Source: Malassezia furfur
Lineage: Eukaryota
Strand: one strand, 5' to 3'
Length of the DNA stretch: 59,323 nucleotides
NCBI GenBank assembly: GCA_052055015.1
Contig: JBQJIT010000023.1
Shown: positions 22,648 through 35,645 of the stretch, one piece after another
How positions within the stretch are numbered: position 1 is the stretch's first letter
Layout: every line of letters starts with the position of its first letter
Program-made: the position numbers and the translations under genes
Notes under the pieces: generated by a model
What the model saw: the letters and a program-made list of their open reading frames with translations, nothing else
Told to the model about the DNA's origin: nothing
Databases searched by the model: none

Positions 22648-25502
22648 ATGGCCCAGGCAGCGCAGCCGGGCGTCCTGGCGCCGTTCGAAGGGCAGCGCCC
22701 GCTCCAGCCAGGGACGCGCGTCCAGGTCGGCGAGCATGTGGTGACTGTACAGCGCTTCCTGAGCCAGGGCGGCTTCGCCCGCGTCTACCTCGTGCACGCC
22801 GATCGGGCCGTGTCCCTGCCGAGCGGGGAGCGGACCACCACGCTCGTGCTCAAGCACATGTGTGTCTGGAACAAGGACGCGCTGCGCAGTGTGCGTGGGG
22901 AGGTCGAGCACCACCGCGGGCTGCGTGGGCACACGTCGATCGTGCATTTTGTCGAGGCGTCCGCTGCGAACCTGCAAGGTGACGGCTGGGAGATCTTCAT
23001 TTTGATGGAATGGGCGGCCGGCGGCGGACTGATCGACTTTCTCAACACGCGCCTTCAAAAGCGCCTTGATGAGCGCGAGGTACTTGCGATCATGCGCGAC
23101 GTGAGCCGCGGCGTGCAGGTGATGCACACACAGCAGCTCGTGCACCGCGACCTTAAGATTGAAAACATCCTGTTGAGCGGCTCGACACCGGCACGCTTCA
23201 AGCTGTGCGACTTTGGATCGTGCTTTTCTGCGCGCGATGCACAACCAGCACGCACACCCGAGCAGAAAAAGCAGCTCGAAAAGGAGCTCAACATGCACAC
23301 CACTATCTGGTACCGAGCACCCGAGATGGTCGACCTGCGCCTCGAGCAGGTAATCGACCAGCGCGCCGACATTTGGGCCCTCGGCGTGTTTCTGTACAAG
23401 CTGTGCTACTACACTACGCCGTTTGAGGGGCCCCAGGGCGGCCCTGCGGCGATTATGCGCGCTCACTACATACTTCCTCCCACGCCGCCGTACTCGGCAG
23501 AGCTCAAGCAGCTGATTGGTACGTGATAATACCAGCTTACCCAGCTTCTATGCTCACCGTCGATCCTGCAAAGCGGCCGACGATCGCAGGCGTGCTAGAG
23601 CGCATCGACGCGTTGCTGCCCGCGCCGAAAGACACGCCGAGGGCCACGCCGCAGCAGCATACGCTGCCCCCGCGACCTCCGAGCGCTGCAGCGGTGCAGG
23701 TGCCCAGCAACCGTGCCAGCCCTGTTCCGCGCGCGCCAAGCACGCAACCAACTTCGGCGTCGCCCGTGCGTGTCGCGAGCCCCGAACCCGAGTCGATCGA
23801 GGAGGCCTTGGAGCGGTTCCCGAGCCTCGACGAGCTCCAGCGGCAGTCAAACGTGCGTAAACTCGCAGCGCGTTTCCATGCCGAGGAGGCGAAACCTCCT
23901 GCTCCGACCGTGCCGCGCGCCAAGCCCCGTCGTGGCCCCTTTACGATGCCCGAGCCTGCAGCGATGCCGTCGGCGGCTGCGCCGCCCCAACGAAAGCCGG
24001 TGCAGGCGCAAGCCGGCCACACTGCGGTCGATATCCAGTCGAGCGACGAGGACGAGGCACCCGAGGACGTCGAGGCACACTACCCCTTCCGAGTGCGCAA
24101 GCGTGACAGCGTCACGATCAATATGGAGCCGCATGTGCCGCGACCCAGCGGCGCAACGCCGCCCCGGGCACCAGTGCGTTCATTGAGCGAGCTGCTGTCG
24201 CAGGAGGAGGCGCAGACACCGGGTGATACCTCGCTACGTGCCGAGTCGCCCGAGCAGGACGAGCTGGCGTCGCTTGCCGCACACGAGAAGGCACTGGAGG
24301 CCCTGCTGCAGCCGAGCGAGGAAGATGTGGCGCCAGCGGAACCGGCCGTCGGCGATCTGCTCGGTATCGAGGGGCTCAGTGTGCACGACCGCGTGAACGC
24401 CTGGGGCCGCGACACCCCGAGCCGTATTGTAGCAAACGCTTCTGCGCCCCGCTCCGAGATGGCCACGCACCGGTCGCCGGCCCCGGATGCGCCGCGGGCA
24501 TTGTCGCCAGAGCCGATCCCCGCCGCTCCCTCGCCCGACGCGACGACACGCAGCACCCAGGCAGAGAACGCCGCAGCGCGCCCATCGGCAACGCTAAACC
24601 AGGGCGCATGGTCACCCCCGCCTCCTGGGCCCCCCCGGGCGGCGGTCGCCAACTTGCCGCCTCCATCGCGCGCACGGCCGGTGTCGTCCAAGCCGGTCAA
24701 GGTTGCTCCGCCGCGCGAGTCCGGTGCTGTTTCGCCGCGGCCGACGTCACCACCTGCCCCCCTTGCACCACAGCGGTCGGCGACGTGGGACGTGGCCAGC
24801 AAACCGCGTGTGGCGCCCAAGCCCGAGCCAAAGCCGAAGCCGAAACAGTACGTCGATGCGTCGACGTCGCCGGAGCTCAAGGGTCACGAGCTGCCGACCA
24901 TCTCGCCGCGGCACGACGCCGATGTCCTGAGCGATGCGCCGAGTGTGCAAGCGCGGATGGCACAGCTTCACGCCCAACGGACCCAAACACCGAACGAGTC
25001 CGCGCATCTCCCGCAACAGTCGCCCACGGCCAGCACCGAGAGAGAAATACCAGCGGCCGACGGCGGCCGCGCGTCGTCGCCGCGCCACGAGACCACGGAG
25101 CGCTCGGTACGTTCTGCATCGCCGTCACCGCCGCCCGTCGTGCAGTCGCCGTCGCCGGCTGCGCGCTCTTCGCCACCGGCTGCGCGCTCGCCGCCGCCGG
25201 CTGTGCGACCGGCCAAGCCCAGTGCGCCCAAGCCTGGTATGAGCGGCGCGGCAGACATTGGCGCAGCGCTGCTCTCCCAGCGTGCCGGCCAAGTACGTCT
25301 CACCAAGCGTGGCACACAGGGCGGACCCACCGTAAAGCCATGGGAGAAGGAGGCGGCGGCTGCGCGCGAGCGCCAGGGGCGTATGCTGGTGCCGCACGCC
25401 GAGACACCGTCGCCCCGCGACTCGCCGTCCGACGGGCCCGAGGAAGGCTTTGCCGGCGTAAATGCATTGATCCAGCGGTGGCAGACCCGCAACGTCTCGT
25501 AG
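22648..25502 (+). CDS. NAK-family (Ark1/Prk1/Akl1) kinase with long Pro-rich tail; intron 23519-23544
   Basis: LSQGGFARVYL, HRDLKIEN, KLCDFGS, HTTIWYRAPEMVD, ADIWALGVFLYKLCYYTTPFE. Confidence 0.9.
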
Positions 25503-25530
25503 ATCCATCGGTCTTTTTCACACTATGGGT

Positions 25531-27069
25531 CTACGCCGTGGGCCATGCAAGCGTGCGCAACAGCATGAAGCGGTCCTGCACCTCGTCGATCGCCAGAGCG
25601 GCCATCACGAGCCCGATCGTTGTGGGCGCCGTCAGCACGATGTACGACACAAAGATGGTGCCGCTGATCAGGTACTCGACGTTGCTGTTGGGGTTGCCGC
25701 GCTGCGACGTGATTTGCGCGAGGGTCAGCGCCGGCGGCGAGCCGATCACGAGGCAGGCACACGCGATAAACACGGGGTCGTCGACCACCTTGGACTTCGA
25801 CGCAATGCACAGGTACGCGAGCATCGGGATGAGGATCAGGGGCGTCAGGATCATGCGTGCCGTCGAAGCGGCGATGATCGTACGCCACGAATAGTCGGGC
25901 GTGTCCGACTCAGACGCCTCGTCGTCGCTTGGCTCGCGCTCGGGCGTCGCACCCATGTCCGCGGCAAAGTAGGCACCGAGCACCAGAATGGTGAGCGGAA
26001 TGCTGCACCCACCCAGCTGCTGCAACGCCCCCACAAGCGAGGTCATCGAGACGACCGTCCGCTGCAGCGGCGGTGTGAGCGCCACAACAAAGCTCGCGAC
26101 GGCCGCCCACAGCGGCACGGTCATAAAGTCGAGCACCACGCGCACCACGTACCGCAGTGCGCCGCCCACGCGGCGCAGGATGGATGCGCGGGGCGGTGCA
26201 AAGTGCACGCGGCGGTCGTCGGACGGAGGCGCCGTGGGGTCGTCGCGGTATGGTTCCTCCGCGCTGATCTGGCTTGCACTCGCCAGCTGGTCACGGTGCA
26301 CATCGTCCACAAGGAAATCGGTCACGTCGTCGGTGAAGCCGGTGCCGGTGCGCTGGTGCAGGTGCGGCGGCGCCTCGTTGGACACTTTGGCGAGCAGGTT
26401 CGAGGCAATGCTCCAGCGCTGCACGGTGCCGAGCGTCGAGAAGAGCACGAGGTAGGTCAGTGCACGTCCCAGCATGTCGTCGGGCGTGTCGGTGTCCTGT
26501 CCATTGCGCTTCCAGTGCAGCTCGGGCACCGTGCCGACCAGTGACTGAATCAGCGCGACCGGCAGCGTATTCGAGTTGGGCGTAATGGAGCCTGGGTCAG
26601 TACAAGGCACGCACAAGCCACGACAAAGTAGCGCTGGCCCGCGGGGATCCGCGTGACCCACGACATGATGTAGGCACTCAACGCGGACACCAGCGACACA
26701 ATCACGAACCCCAGCGGCACAATCGCCAGCTCCGTGAGCCGCTCCGGCGTGAGCGAGAAGGCGACCTTGGAGAAGAGCAGCGCGGGCGTCAGGATAGAGA
26801 CATTGAGCTGGGTAAGCGGGGAAATCATCAGGCGCCTACCTTGTTGAGTTTCTGGGTGAGTACGCGCGACGTACCGTTTGCGTCTTCTTATCGAGCACGC
26901 CGCGGCGCGCAAGGATGTAGCCAGCCAGACACATCACGACCACCTGCAAAATGGACGCGAGTGTAACTGAAACGAGCTTCATGAGTGAGCTGAGCGCAGG
27001 GAGCACCATCACCGTCGCAGCCGTGTTCACGACATCGCGACGGGCAAGCGCGTCCCAAGGTATGTACAT
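25531..27069 (-). CDS. Auxin-efflux-carrier/Mem_trans family transporter (Ecm3-like); introns 26852-26874, 26808-26839 and 26592-26614
   Basis: LAGYILARRG, LNVSILTPALLFSKVA, PNSNTLPVAL, LGGCSIPLTILVLGAY, SPPALTLAQIT. Confidence 0.88.
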
Positions 27070-27107
27070 GGCACGGGGAAAAGCACAGACTCCTCCACAT
27101 TACGAAG

Positions 27108-27586
27108 CTACGTGCGGCTGCGTGCCTGGCGCAGCCGCTGGGCACGGTGCAGCGCGCGCATACGTTTCCGGCGTCCCGCGCCGCGTTCTGGGTGAGTAGG
27201 GATACGTACTTGCGCCCGCGATGCGAACCTTGCCGTCGTTCTCCTCGAGCTTCTTGCGCGACGCAGCAAGAATTTTGTCGACGCGACGCTCCTTCGCCTT
27301 ATCGCGCTTCTTCAGCATGCCTGCGAGCTGCGTGCGCATCAGTGTGAGGTATTCCTGCTCGAATGTGGGCAGCTCAGCGGGCGGCACGACGGTGCTCAGC
27401 TTCGTTTTCCCTGTAGTCTTGCCATCGGTCGCACGGTAGAGCAGCGGCGCAGGATCGCTTGCCTCGGCCCGCTTCACCGTGACATACACGGTGTGCTTCT
27501 CGGCGGCACTCGCAAAGAGCGCCGTGAGCTTCGCGAGAAACTGGGTGAGCCGTGGGGCTACGCACCTCGTTCGGCGCAACGCGCAT
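27108..27586 (-). CDS. SRP14: Signal recognition particle subunit Srp14; two short introns
   Basis: MRVAPNE|FLAKLTALF...VYVTVKR...LYRATDGK...KLSTVV...LKKRDK and G.KRGAGRRKR. Confidence 0.88.
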
Positions 27587-30500
27587 GGTCGCGAACGAAG
27601 AAGCACGTGACGCCGCGGTGGGCGCGTTGGACCCTGTCGATGGCGGCCAGGCCAACATGCTTGGGCGCCATGCGGATTTTGATGACGAGTGGGAGGAAAT
27701 GCCCATCGAGCGCATGAGCGCCGTTGAGCTCGAAGACGATTCGGATGAGTCGGATACCCCGAACGTGCCGAGCCACGTCCGCAGCCAGCGCGCCCACGCG
27801 GCACGGCGCATGCATCTCGGCAGCCGCGGCACCTTGGCGCACGCGACGTCGAACCATGCGGGCGAGCACTTGGATGTGCACGACGTGCGTGGCTACGACT
27901 GGCGTACGCGCCCAGATGCAGATGAGAGCGTGGAAGAACCGCGCGGCACCGAGTATACACAGTTGCGGCTTGACGAGGCCGAAGACGAAGAAGAGCTGCA
28001 CGCCGCGACCGAGTACCTTTTCCAGGAGGACATGAACCGTATCGGCGACATGGACGACGACCCAACCGCTGCCCCCATCTCGCAGCTCGCCATGACCAAG
28101 CGGCTGCTGAACGAGACACAGAAAATCGCGTATGTCGGCCTCTGTTGCATCACCGCCTATGAAATGCTACGCGAGACGCAGCATCTCGAGCCCACCGAGC
28201 CCAAGCCTGCGTCGAAAAATACGAGCGAGTGGCTACTGCGTGTCATGGTGCGGCTGTACCAGCATCTCGACATTGACGTTCAAGGTACGTGGCCTGACTG
28301 ACCCAGAACAAACCATGATCGATTCGCTGGCGCACCATGGGATCCTGGCGTCCGATCTGGCGCGCAGCCTGATCACGACGCACACAATTGCGAATCCCGG
28401 GTACGATCCAACGCTGGACGATAGCACGGACGAGCCGCCCAAGCCGGTGCTCCCGACGCCGTCCACGGAGTCGGGGCCGCCGGCGGAACCGGCAGTCACT
28501 GCCGCCGCCGCGGACGATTCTGCTGCGGCAGCCACCGTCCTCCCTTCCTCGCCGCCGCTGGCGCCGGCACCGGTGCACGGCGACGTGAAGACGCCGGTGC
28601 GCACCGACCCGAATACCGCGGCGCAGATCGCCGAGCGCGATGCGGCTGCGACTGAATCCACGGCGTCCGCTCCCGTCGTCGATGCGCAGGCACTGCACCG
28701 ACCGGAGCCGAGTGTGCCGCCGTCGCAGAACACGCTGGAAGGTGTCACGACCGAGATCAGCGCCTCGTCCAAGACCATCACGCTTGATATCCGCTGGACG
28801 GTACTGTGCGACCTGTTCTTGGTGCTCACCGCCGACAGTGTGTACGATGCACGCTCTCGTGTGCTGTTGGAGCGGGTCGCCCAGGCGCTGCAGCTTACTT
28901 GGATGGACCTGACCAAGTTTGAGAAGCGCGTCACCGACGCGCTTGAGATCGAGGAGGACGTGCAAACGCTCAATGACGCGCGCATCTCGGAACGCCGGCG
29001 CGCGTCTGCCCAAAAGAAGCGCATGATGATGATGGGCCTTGCGACCGTTGGCGGCGGTCTCGTGATCGGCCTGTCGGCGGGTCTGCTGGCGCCCGTAATC
29101 GGCGCGGGGATCGGCGCGGCACTCGGTGCGGTGGGCATCAGCGGCACTTCGGCGTTCCTGGGCGGCGGTGTGGGTGCGGCAGCGATCACCACCACAGGCA
29201 CGCTCGGCGGCGCGGCGCTCGGTGGACGCGGCATGAGCCGGCGCACGCGCAGCGTCAAGACGTTCGAGTTCCGCCCGATGCACAACCACAAGCGCGTCAA
29301 CTGCATCGTGACCGTGCCGGGCTTTTTGCGCGGGCCGGAAGACGACCCTACGCTGCCGTTTGGTGTGATCGACCCTGTGATGGGCGATGCATTTAGCGTG
29401 ATGTGGGAGCCCGAGATGATGCGCGAGATGGGCAACGCCATGTCGATCCTCTGGAACGAGACGATCGTCCAGGGTGTCCAACAGGTGCTCGCGGCGACGG
29501 TCGCCGGTGCGATGTTTTCGGCGCTCGCGTGGCCGCTGTGGCTCACCAAGCTCAGCTACATTATCGACAATCCGTGGTCGAACGCGACGGAACGCGCGTG
29601 CGCCGCCGGCCTCATTTTGGCCGACGTGCTGATGAATAGGCAGCTTGGTGTGCGGCCCATCACACTGGTCGGTTTCAGCCTGGGGGCGCGCATGATCTAC
29701 TATGCACTGCGCGAGCTCGCGCACAAGAAAGCGTATGGTATCGTGCAGAACGTGTACCTGCTTGGCGCACCCGTGACGGCACGCGAGGCCGAATGGAAAC
29801 AGGTGCGCTCGGTGGTGTCGGGACGCTTTGTGAATGGTACGTGCCATGCTGACCCAGCTTTTTCACGTTCCGACTGGCTTCTGGCGTACCTGCACCGCGC
29901 CACCTCGGGTGGGTTCCACTCAATTGCTGGCCTGCACCCGATCGAGTACGACTGCAACATTGAAAACGTCGACGTGACACACCTCGTGCCTGGTCATCTC
30001 TCCTACCGTGTGCTGACGCCACTTGTTCTCGGTGAACTCGGCTTCAAGACGACGGCCGACTACTTTGACGAACCCGAGTCGCTCGACCAGGTACCCGAGC
30101 GCGAGGTGGTGTTTGATGCGGGACTTGACACGCCGTCGACCCCCAAGTCGAAACTCAGTTTCAAAAATATCTTTTCGCGCAAGACCCCGCGCGAGGACCG
30201 CACCGAACGGACCGCAGCGGCACTTAGTGCCGCCGTGCGCACCACTGCCGCCGATGCAGGCGCGCGCGACGAGTACGTCGTCGACGACGATGCTCCGGAG
30301 ACGGAGGACGATCAAAAGAGCGCGGGTGTGACGGGACCCCCTGCCGCGACCGAACAGGCGTCGGAGCCCATGCCTGGGTCTAAGGAGGGAGCGACGGAGG
30401 TGTCCGTGGACACCAAGGAGCCGACGCAAACCGTGGGCAGCGATGCAACGGCGGGTGCTGTGGAGCAAGCCGAGGCGCCTGCACAGCACAGCGTCGACAA

Positions 30501-31128
30501 CCTCGCTGCGTCTGCATCCGCTACGGATCTCGACGCGCCGTCACAGGTGCCTGTCCCCACCGAGCGCGAAGAGGCGAGCTCAGCTAGGCCCGGGCAAGAA
30601 GAGGTGCCTGTCAGCAAAAAGCCGGCATCTCCTTCGGCGGCGCTCGACTCGCCTGCCCGTGCTGCCTCCGCTGCGGCCGCTTCCGCAGAGGCGCTCACCG
30701 AGCCCCATCAGAACGTGCGGGCGGAACCCACCGCAGCACGCGATGCGGAGCCGGCAACGATGTCGCACGATGCCACGGAACGTTCCGAGGCGCCGTCCCC
30801 GTCTCCTCCAACGGTGCCCGTATCGCCTCCTGACACGGACGAACCTACGGACGCGCCGCCTGCACCTGCGCCGCCGGCCGCCGCATTCGCCTCGGTCGCG
30901 GCAACTGCCGGAAACTATGGATTGTCGTCCGAGGAAGCGGAGAGGTTGGCGTCGCAGTTCCAAAGCACTACGCTTTCGGCTGCGCCCACATTCTCTGCCG
31001 ACGACGCCTGGGACTCGCCCTCGCTTGCTATACCCCTTTCCGATTCGGCAGACGCGTCGAACGACCCCCGCCGTGCGGCGGACCGTGCGCGCTTGCCCGA
31101 ATGGGCGGCCGAAAATCCGTGGGGCTGA
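27585..31128 (+). CDS. DUF726/TMCO4 (Mil1-like) alpha/beta-hydrolase-like membrane protein; introns 28285-28306 and 29837-29857; start uncertain
   Basis: LDIRWTVLCDLFLVL.ADSVYDARSR, Gly-rich TM hairpin, IDNPW, RPITLVGFSLGAR (GxSxG). Confidence 0.88.
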
Positions 31129-31236
31129 ATAGGTCGCAAATAATTTGTGTTGCTTAGTCGCGCGCGTACGCTCAGACCGCCCATGCACGGCCAATGGGTG
31201 CGCTGCGTCACGGCCGTCGTCCTGCTCGTGACCGTC

Positions 31237-32430
31237 ATGCCGCTCCACCTGTCGAACCTGTTCAAGTCGCATCATCGCGGAAAGGTGCACGAACACGTCG
31301 CCGTAGGCTATTTCCCAAACTGGTCGATCTACCAGCGCAACTACAAGCCCGCAAATGTGCCGGTCGACCGTTTGACGCACATTCTGTACGCTTTCGCCAA
31401 CATCCAGCCGGAGGACGGGCGCGTGGTGCTCACCGATCTGTGGTCTGACCAGCAGATCAAGTACGACGGCGACCAGGAGCAACCGGATGCGCTCTACGGC
31501 AACTTTTACCAGTTCCTCCGCTTCAAGAAGCAGCACCGGCACCTTAAGCTCCTCCTGTCCATTGGCGGATGGAGCTACTCGGGCAACTTTGCGTGCCTGG
31601 CCGACGAGCAAAAGCGTGCGCGGTTTGTCGAGTCCGCCGTACAGCTGCTAGCGGACAACGGTCTGGATGGGCTGGACATTGACTGGGAATATCCTTCATC
31701 GAAGCAAGAAGCGCAGATTTATGTCGCGCTGCTGCGTGCGCTGCGCAAGCAGCTGGACGCCTATGGCGCACGCGCTACGCCCGAAGACCCACACTACCTC
31801 CTCACGGTTGCCGCCCCTGCGGCCCCACAAAAGTACGAGACGCTCGACATCGGCGCGATGGACGAGGTGCTCGATTTCTGGAACTTGATGACCTACGACT
31901 TCTCCGGTGCCTGGGACTCGGCGGCAAACGCCCAGGCCAACCTGTGGGGCAGCCCGCTGTCGGTGCAACGCACGGTCGAATACTACTGCAAGCATGGCAC
32001 CAAGGCGCACAAGCTGGTCGTCGGTATACCCCTGTACGGCCGTGGCTTTGACGGTACCCAAGGCCCAGGCGCGCCATATGCACGCGCTGCACCCGGCTCG
32101 CTCGAAGCCGGCGTGTACAGCTACAAGGAACTACCTCTGCCTGGTGCCGAGGAGCACTACGATGCGCGCGCCGGCGCTGCGTACTCGTTCAACCGACAGC
32201 AAGGACAGCTTGTATCGTACGACTCGGTTGAGTCGGCTAGCGCCAAGGCGCAGTTTATTGCCGAGCAGGGCGTGCTGGGCGTCATGTTTTGGGAGTTGAG
32301 CGGTGACCGGCCGCCTGCGGACGCACGTTCGCTCGTACGTCTCTTTGCCGAAAAGCTGGCTCCGCTCGACACGAGCACCAACCACGTACGCTACCCTGAG
32401 AGCCGGTTTGCCAATGTGCGGTCTACATAG
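31237..32430 (+). CDS. GH18 chitinase; alternative in-frame ATG at 31183
   Basis: THILYAFANI, LLSIGGW, LDGLDIDWEYP (DxxDxDxE), NLMTYDF, GVMFWELSGD. Confidence 0.93.
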   Translation: MPLHLSNLFKSHHRGKVHEHVAVGYFPNWSIYQRNYKPANVPVDRLTHILYAFANIQPEDGRVVLTDLWSDQQIKYDGDQEQPDALYGNFYQFLRFKKQHRHLKLLLSIGGWSYSGNFACLADEQKRARFVESAVQLLADNGLDGLDIDWEYPSSKQEAQIYVALLRALRKQLDAYGARATPEDPHYLLTVAAPAAPQKYETLDIGAMDEVLDFWNLMTYDFSGAWDSAANAQANLWGSPLSVQRTVEYYCKHGTKAHKLVVGIPLYGRGFDGTQGPGAPYARAAPGSLEAGVYSYKELPLPGAEEHYDARAGAAYSFNRQQGQLVSYDSVESASAKAQFIAEQGVLGVMFWELSGDRPPADARSLVRLFAEKLAPLDTSTNHVRYPESRFANVRST

Positions 32431-32432
32431 TA

Positions 32433-34238
32433 TTACTCGTCGTCGCCCGTCTCCTTCGCATAGATCGTCTTGGGCTGCGTCTTGGCATACACGCTGGTCC
32501 ACCGCGGGTCCTTTTCGGCCTTGTCGGCGTACTTGAGCAGCGCCTCGCGCGGGTCCTGCATACGGAGCGCCGCTTGGCCCTCGTACATGCCCTGTACCAG
32601 GTGCGTGTTGGCCGACTTGCCAACGCGACCACCGTAGCCCTGCCCGCGGATTGGCATCTGCGGAAGCTTGGTCTTGACCGGATCGCGACGGATACGGTTC
32701 TTGGCCTCCTTCCACGCGAGGTACTGCCGCTTGGGCTCGTCGAGCTCGTAGTAGTCCTCGTCCTTGTCCTCTGGCATAAAGATGGGCACATCGGCCGTAA
32801 CGCCGCCAGGCAGCTCCTCGATACCAAACGGATTCGAGCGCACACGCGCGCGCCGCTTGACACCCAACAGCGCGCCGAGCTGCGATGCTTCTTCGTCGTA
32901 AAATACATTCACCACACCGCTCCGTGTCCCGGCGAGCACCTGGTTGATACGCGGCTGCCATGCAACGCGCGTCACCGACGAGTGGTCGACAGGGTGGACG
33001 TGCTGCGTGGCGAGGTCGTCGCGCGACAGTACCGCAAGCTGACCCCACACGCCCATGAGGTCGTCCGGCGCATCGGGCATCGCCGTCATGCGCGCCTCCT
33101 TCGGCACGGACGCGGTGCCGGTCACGACATGCCGCCCGTTTGGGCTGAAGAGCACGTCGCAGTGCTCGCTGCCGACTGGTACGCCTTCACGCACCGCGAG
33201 CGGCTTCTTGAAGCTGCGCAGGTCAAAGAGCTTGACGGTGTCGTCGTTGCCACGCGTTGCGAGAGTAACGTTGTCGGAGGCGACGGCAATGCTCGACGTG
33301 CCCGCACCAAGCGCATGCGCACGCTCGAGCGATGCGGATGGCCGCGAATAGCTCCCGTTCGTCGACCACACATGTAGCGCACCGTCCTGGCACCCTGCAA
33401 CGATCGCACTGCCGTCCGGCGTATAGGTGGCCGACGTGACCTTGGTCTTGGTGCCGCGCTGCTTGGACCGCACCACAATCACAATCTTTTGCCCAGACAA
33501 GAAGTCCACGTCCCAGATTCGGATCGTGCTGTCTGACCCACCGGTAAGGAAGGTACTGGCATCACTCGGGTGCCATCCACCGCACGTCATCTCAGTCACA
33601 TGCCCGTTGGTGTGCTTCATGTCGCGCATAAACACGTTGCCCTTTTTGTACTTGGCCAACTCCTCGCCCTGGAAGTCGTACACCCGCGGCTCGGTTGTGG
33701 CGTTGATGCATAGCAAATTCCGCGAGACGGGCGAGAAGGCCAGCTGTACCACGGGGTAGTTCTCCGCGGGCTCAAACGTCTTAAAGGGGCGGAAGGTCTG
33801 GGTCATTCCACCAAAGTCCCACAGTTTCACCTCGTAGTCGTGCGACCCCGTGGCGACGCGCGTGCCCGACGGATCGATGGCCAGCGCCGAGATGGTCTTG
33901 GTATGATCTTTGAGCTCGACGCGCTGGTCGAGGGGAGCGCCCCCATATTCGGCGGTGCGGCCCTCGCCAAGTTCCGCAGGGTCGTGACGGTGCGTATGAT
34001 TGGGACTGCGCGAGGTATCGGCTGTGTCATCAGCATGCTCTGCGTCGCTATCACGCGCGGCTGCCGAACTCGTTTCGCTCGGCATCTGGGCTGCCGGCGC
34101 GGGCGGCCCTGCCGTGGCAACGGAAGCGGGCGCCTCATCCTCCGGTGGCGCCTCAGCCTTCCTCTTCCCCGGGCGTACGGGCTCCGCCGGGCGCCCAAAG
34201 CCCATGGGCAGCATCGCCCGCAGCGCGTCTTCGTCCAT
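32433..34238 (-). CDS. WDR70: WD40 protein WDR70
   Basis: LPMGFG N-terminus, WDFGGM, KGNVFMRDMKHTNGH, DPREALLKYA...AKTQPKTIY. Confidence 0.88.
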   Translation of the reverse strand: MDEDALRAMLPMGFGRPAEPVRPGKRKAEAPPEDEAPASVATAGPPAPAAQMPSETSSAAARDSDAEHADDTADTSRSPNHTHRHDPAELGEGRTAEYGGAPLDQRVELKDHTKTISALAIDPSGTRVATGSHDYEVKLWDFGGMTQTFRPFKTFEPAENYPVVQLAFSPVSRNLLCINATTEPRVYDFQGEELAKYKKGNVFMRDMKHTNGHVTEMTCGGWHPSDASTFLTGGSDSTIRIWDVDFLSGQKIVIVVRSKQRGTKTKVTSATYTPDGSAIVAGCQDGALHVWSTNGSYSRPSASLERAHALGAGTSSIAVASDNVTLATRGNDDTVKLFDLRSFKKPLAVREGVPVGSEHCDVLFSPNGRHVVTGTASVPKEARMTAMPDAPDDLMGVWGQLAVLSRDDLATQHVHPVDHSSVTRVAWQPRINQVLAGTRSGVVNVFYDEEASQLGALLGVKRRARVRSNPFGIEELPGGVTADVPIFMPEDKDEDYYELDEPKRQYLAWKEAKNRIRRDPVKTKLPQMPIRGQGYGGRVGKSANTHLVQGMYEGQAALRMQDPREALLKYADKAEKDPRWTSVYAKTQPKTIYAKETGDDE

Positions 34239-34262
34239 CGTCGCGCTGACTAAGCCCCCACA

Positions 34263-35632
34263 ATGGCGTGGACGACGCCGGCGTATGTCGTGCAGCAGGA
34301 TGCACAAGCGGTGCGTGTGCGCATCGAGTGCGAAGGAAGTCACGTACGTCAAGGACCCACACAGGCAACGACAGCACGCGCTGCAGCAGATGGCACGACG
34401 TTTGGCTGCTTCATCGATCCACTCTACCTGCCGTATGTGGAAAAAACTAAGACAGCCTGAAATTTCCAGAGCCCGTACGCGCCCTGGAGGCGATCGTACC
34501 GCTCGACACATCGAGCAGCGGAGAGAATTATACCTACGATGCGGGGAAGCGGATACTCGAGATTCGACTGACCAAGGCAACACCAGGCACCGGCTTCCCT
34601 GGGCTCGAGGAGCTCCGACCGCAGCTCCTGTCGGATGTCGAAATGCACGCATTCGAGCGAGATGCACAGCGGATGCAGCAGGAGGAACAAGCAAAGAGTG
34701 AAGCGCCTACTGTATCGGCGCCAGCCACCAATGCATCCAAGCCCACGTACCCTGTCGGGCTGCTGTGCCAGCCTTTGGCCTCCCAAGCGTACGACGTTGT
34801 GGTCGCCGGTGGGCGTGTCCCTTACCTGGACGTGGTAAATCCACAGCACACCTCGCCGGCCGACCGTCTTCGTGTCGCGCTCCGCCTCGAATGCGAAAAA
34901 TGGGACGAGGGGATGTACCTGTACGTGCTTTTCTAACGCAGCGATGCCACGGTCGATTTCGACGAGCAAGTCGCCGAGCTTTTGCGTGTGCCCGTGCACC
35001 TCCCTACGTCCCACCCAGAGGTCCCTTTGGGTCCGCTCCCGAATGACGAGCGTGCGCTGCTGCTCCTTGCTGAGCTCCTCTATGCGTACCTATACGAAGA
35101 TCGCATGTCGGTGCACGACCCTACGCCCGAGTCGGCCTGGACCGTGATCAAGCTTTCGCGCTCTTTGGCCTGCTGGGCAGACCCACTGGAAGGGACAGGT
35201 GATCTGCATCGCACACTCTGTGCCTCGTTCCGGCGTACTCTGACCTACCCACTATACCGCAGCCTCGCGGCTTGTGCCCAGATCTGCCAAGATGCCACGA
35301 TGCTTCTGTCCGAGTCGCCACGCGCACGGGTCCTGCATGCACTACACGCGCTCGATGCATGGTTTGCCTTAGCACCGACTGGAACGGGTCTTTCAGAGCA
35401 GACCACCACCGTGCTGTCAGCCGTGTGGGACCAGTGGATTGCACCTCTCTCCACATGGGTCGCGCACGGAGCCACCGACGCGCACTTTGCGCAGCTGCAC
35501 AAAGCCTATGCGCACGTCGCATTCACACCCGAGCTACTCGCTGAGATTGGAACGCCAGGCGATTGGGACCTGGCCGCGCTCAATGCCGCGGCCGACGAGG
35601 CCCGTGCAGAGGGCGAAGGCGCATTTGTGTAG
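34263..35632 (+). CDS. SHQ1: H/ACA snoRNP assembly chaperone Shq1; introns 34433-34455 and 34921-34941
   Basis: N-terminal CS domain (TPAY.V.QD...F.IDPLYLPL.FP...LTKATPG..FPGL) and YAYLYEDR.....PTPESAWTVIKLS...RRTLTYPLYRS. Confidence 0.85.
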
Positions 35633-35645
35633 TTTCTTCGTACAC

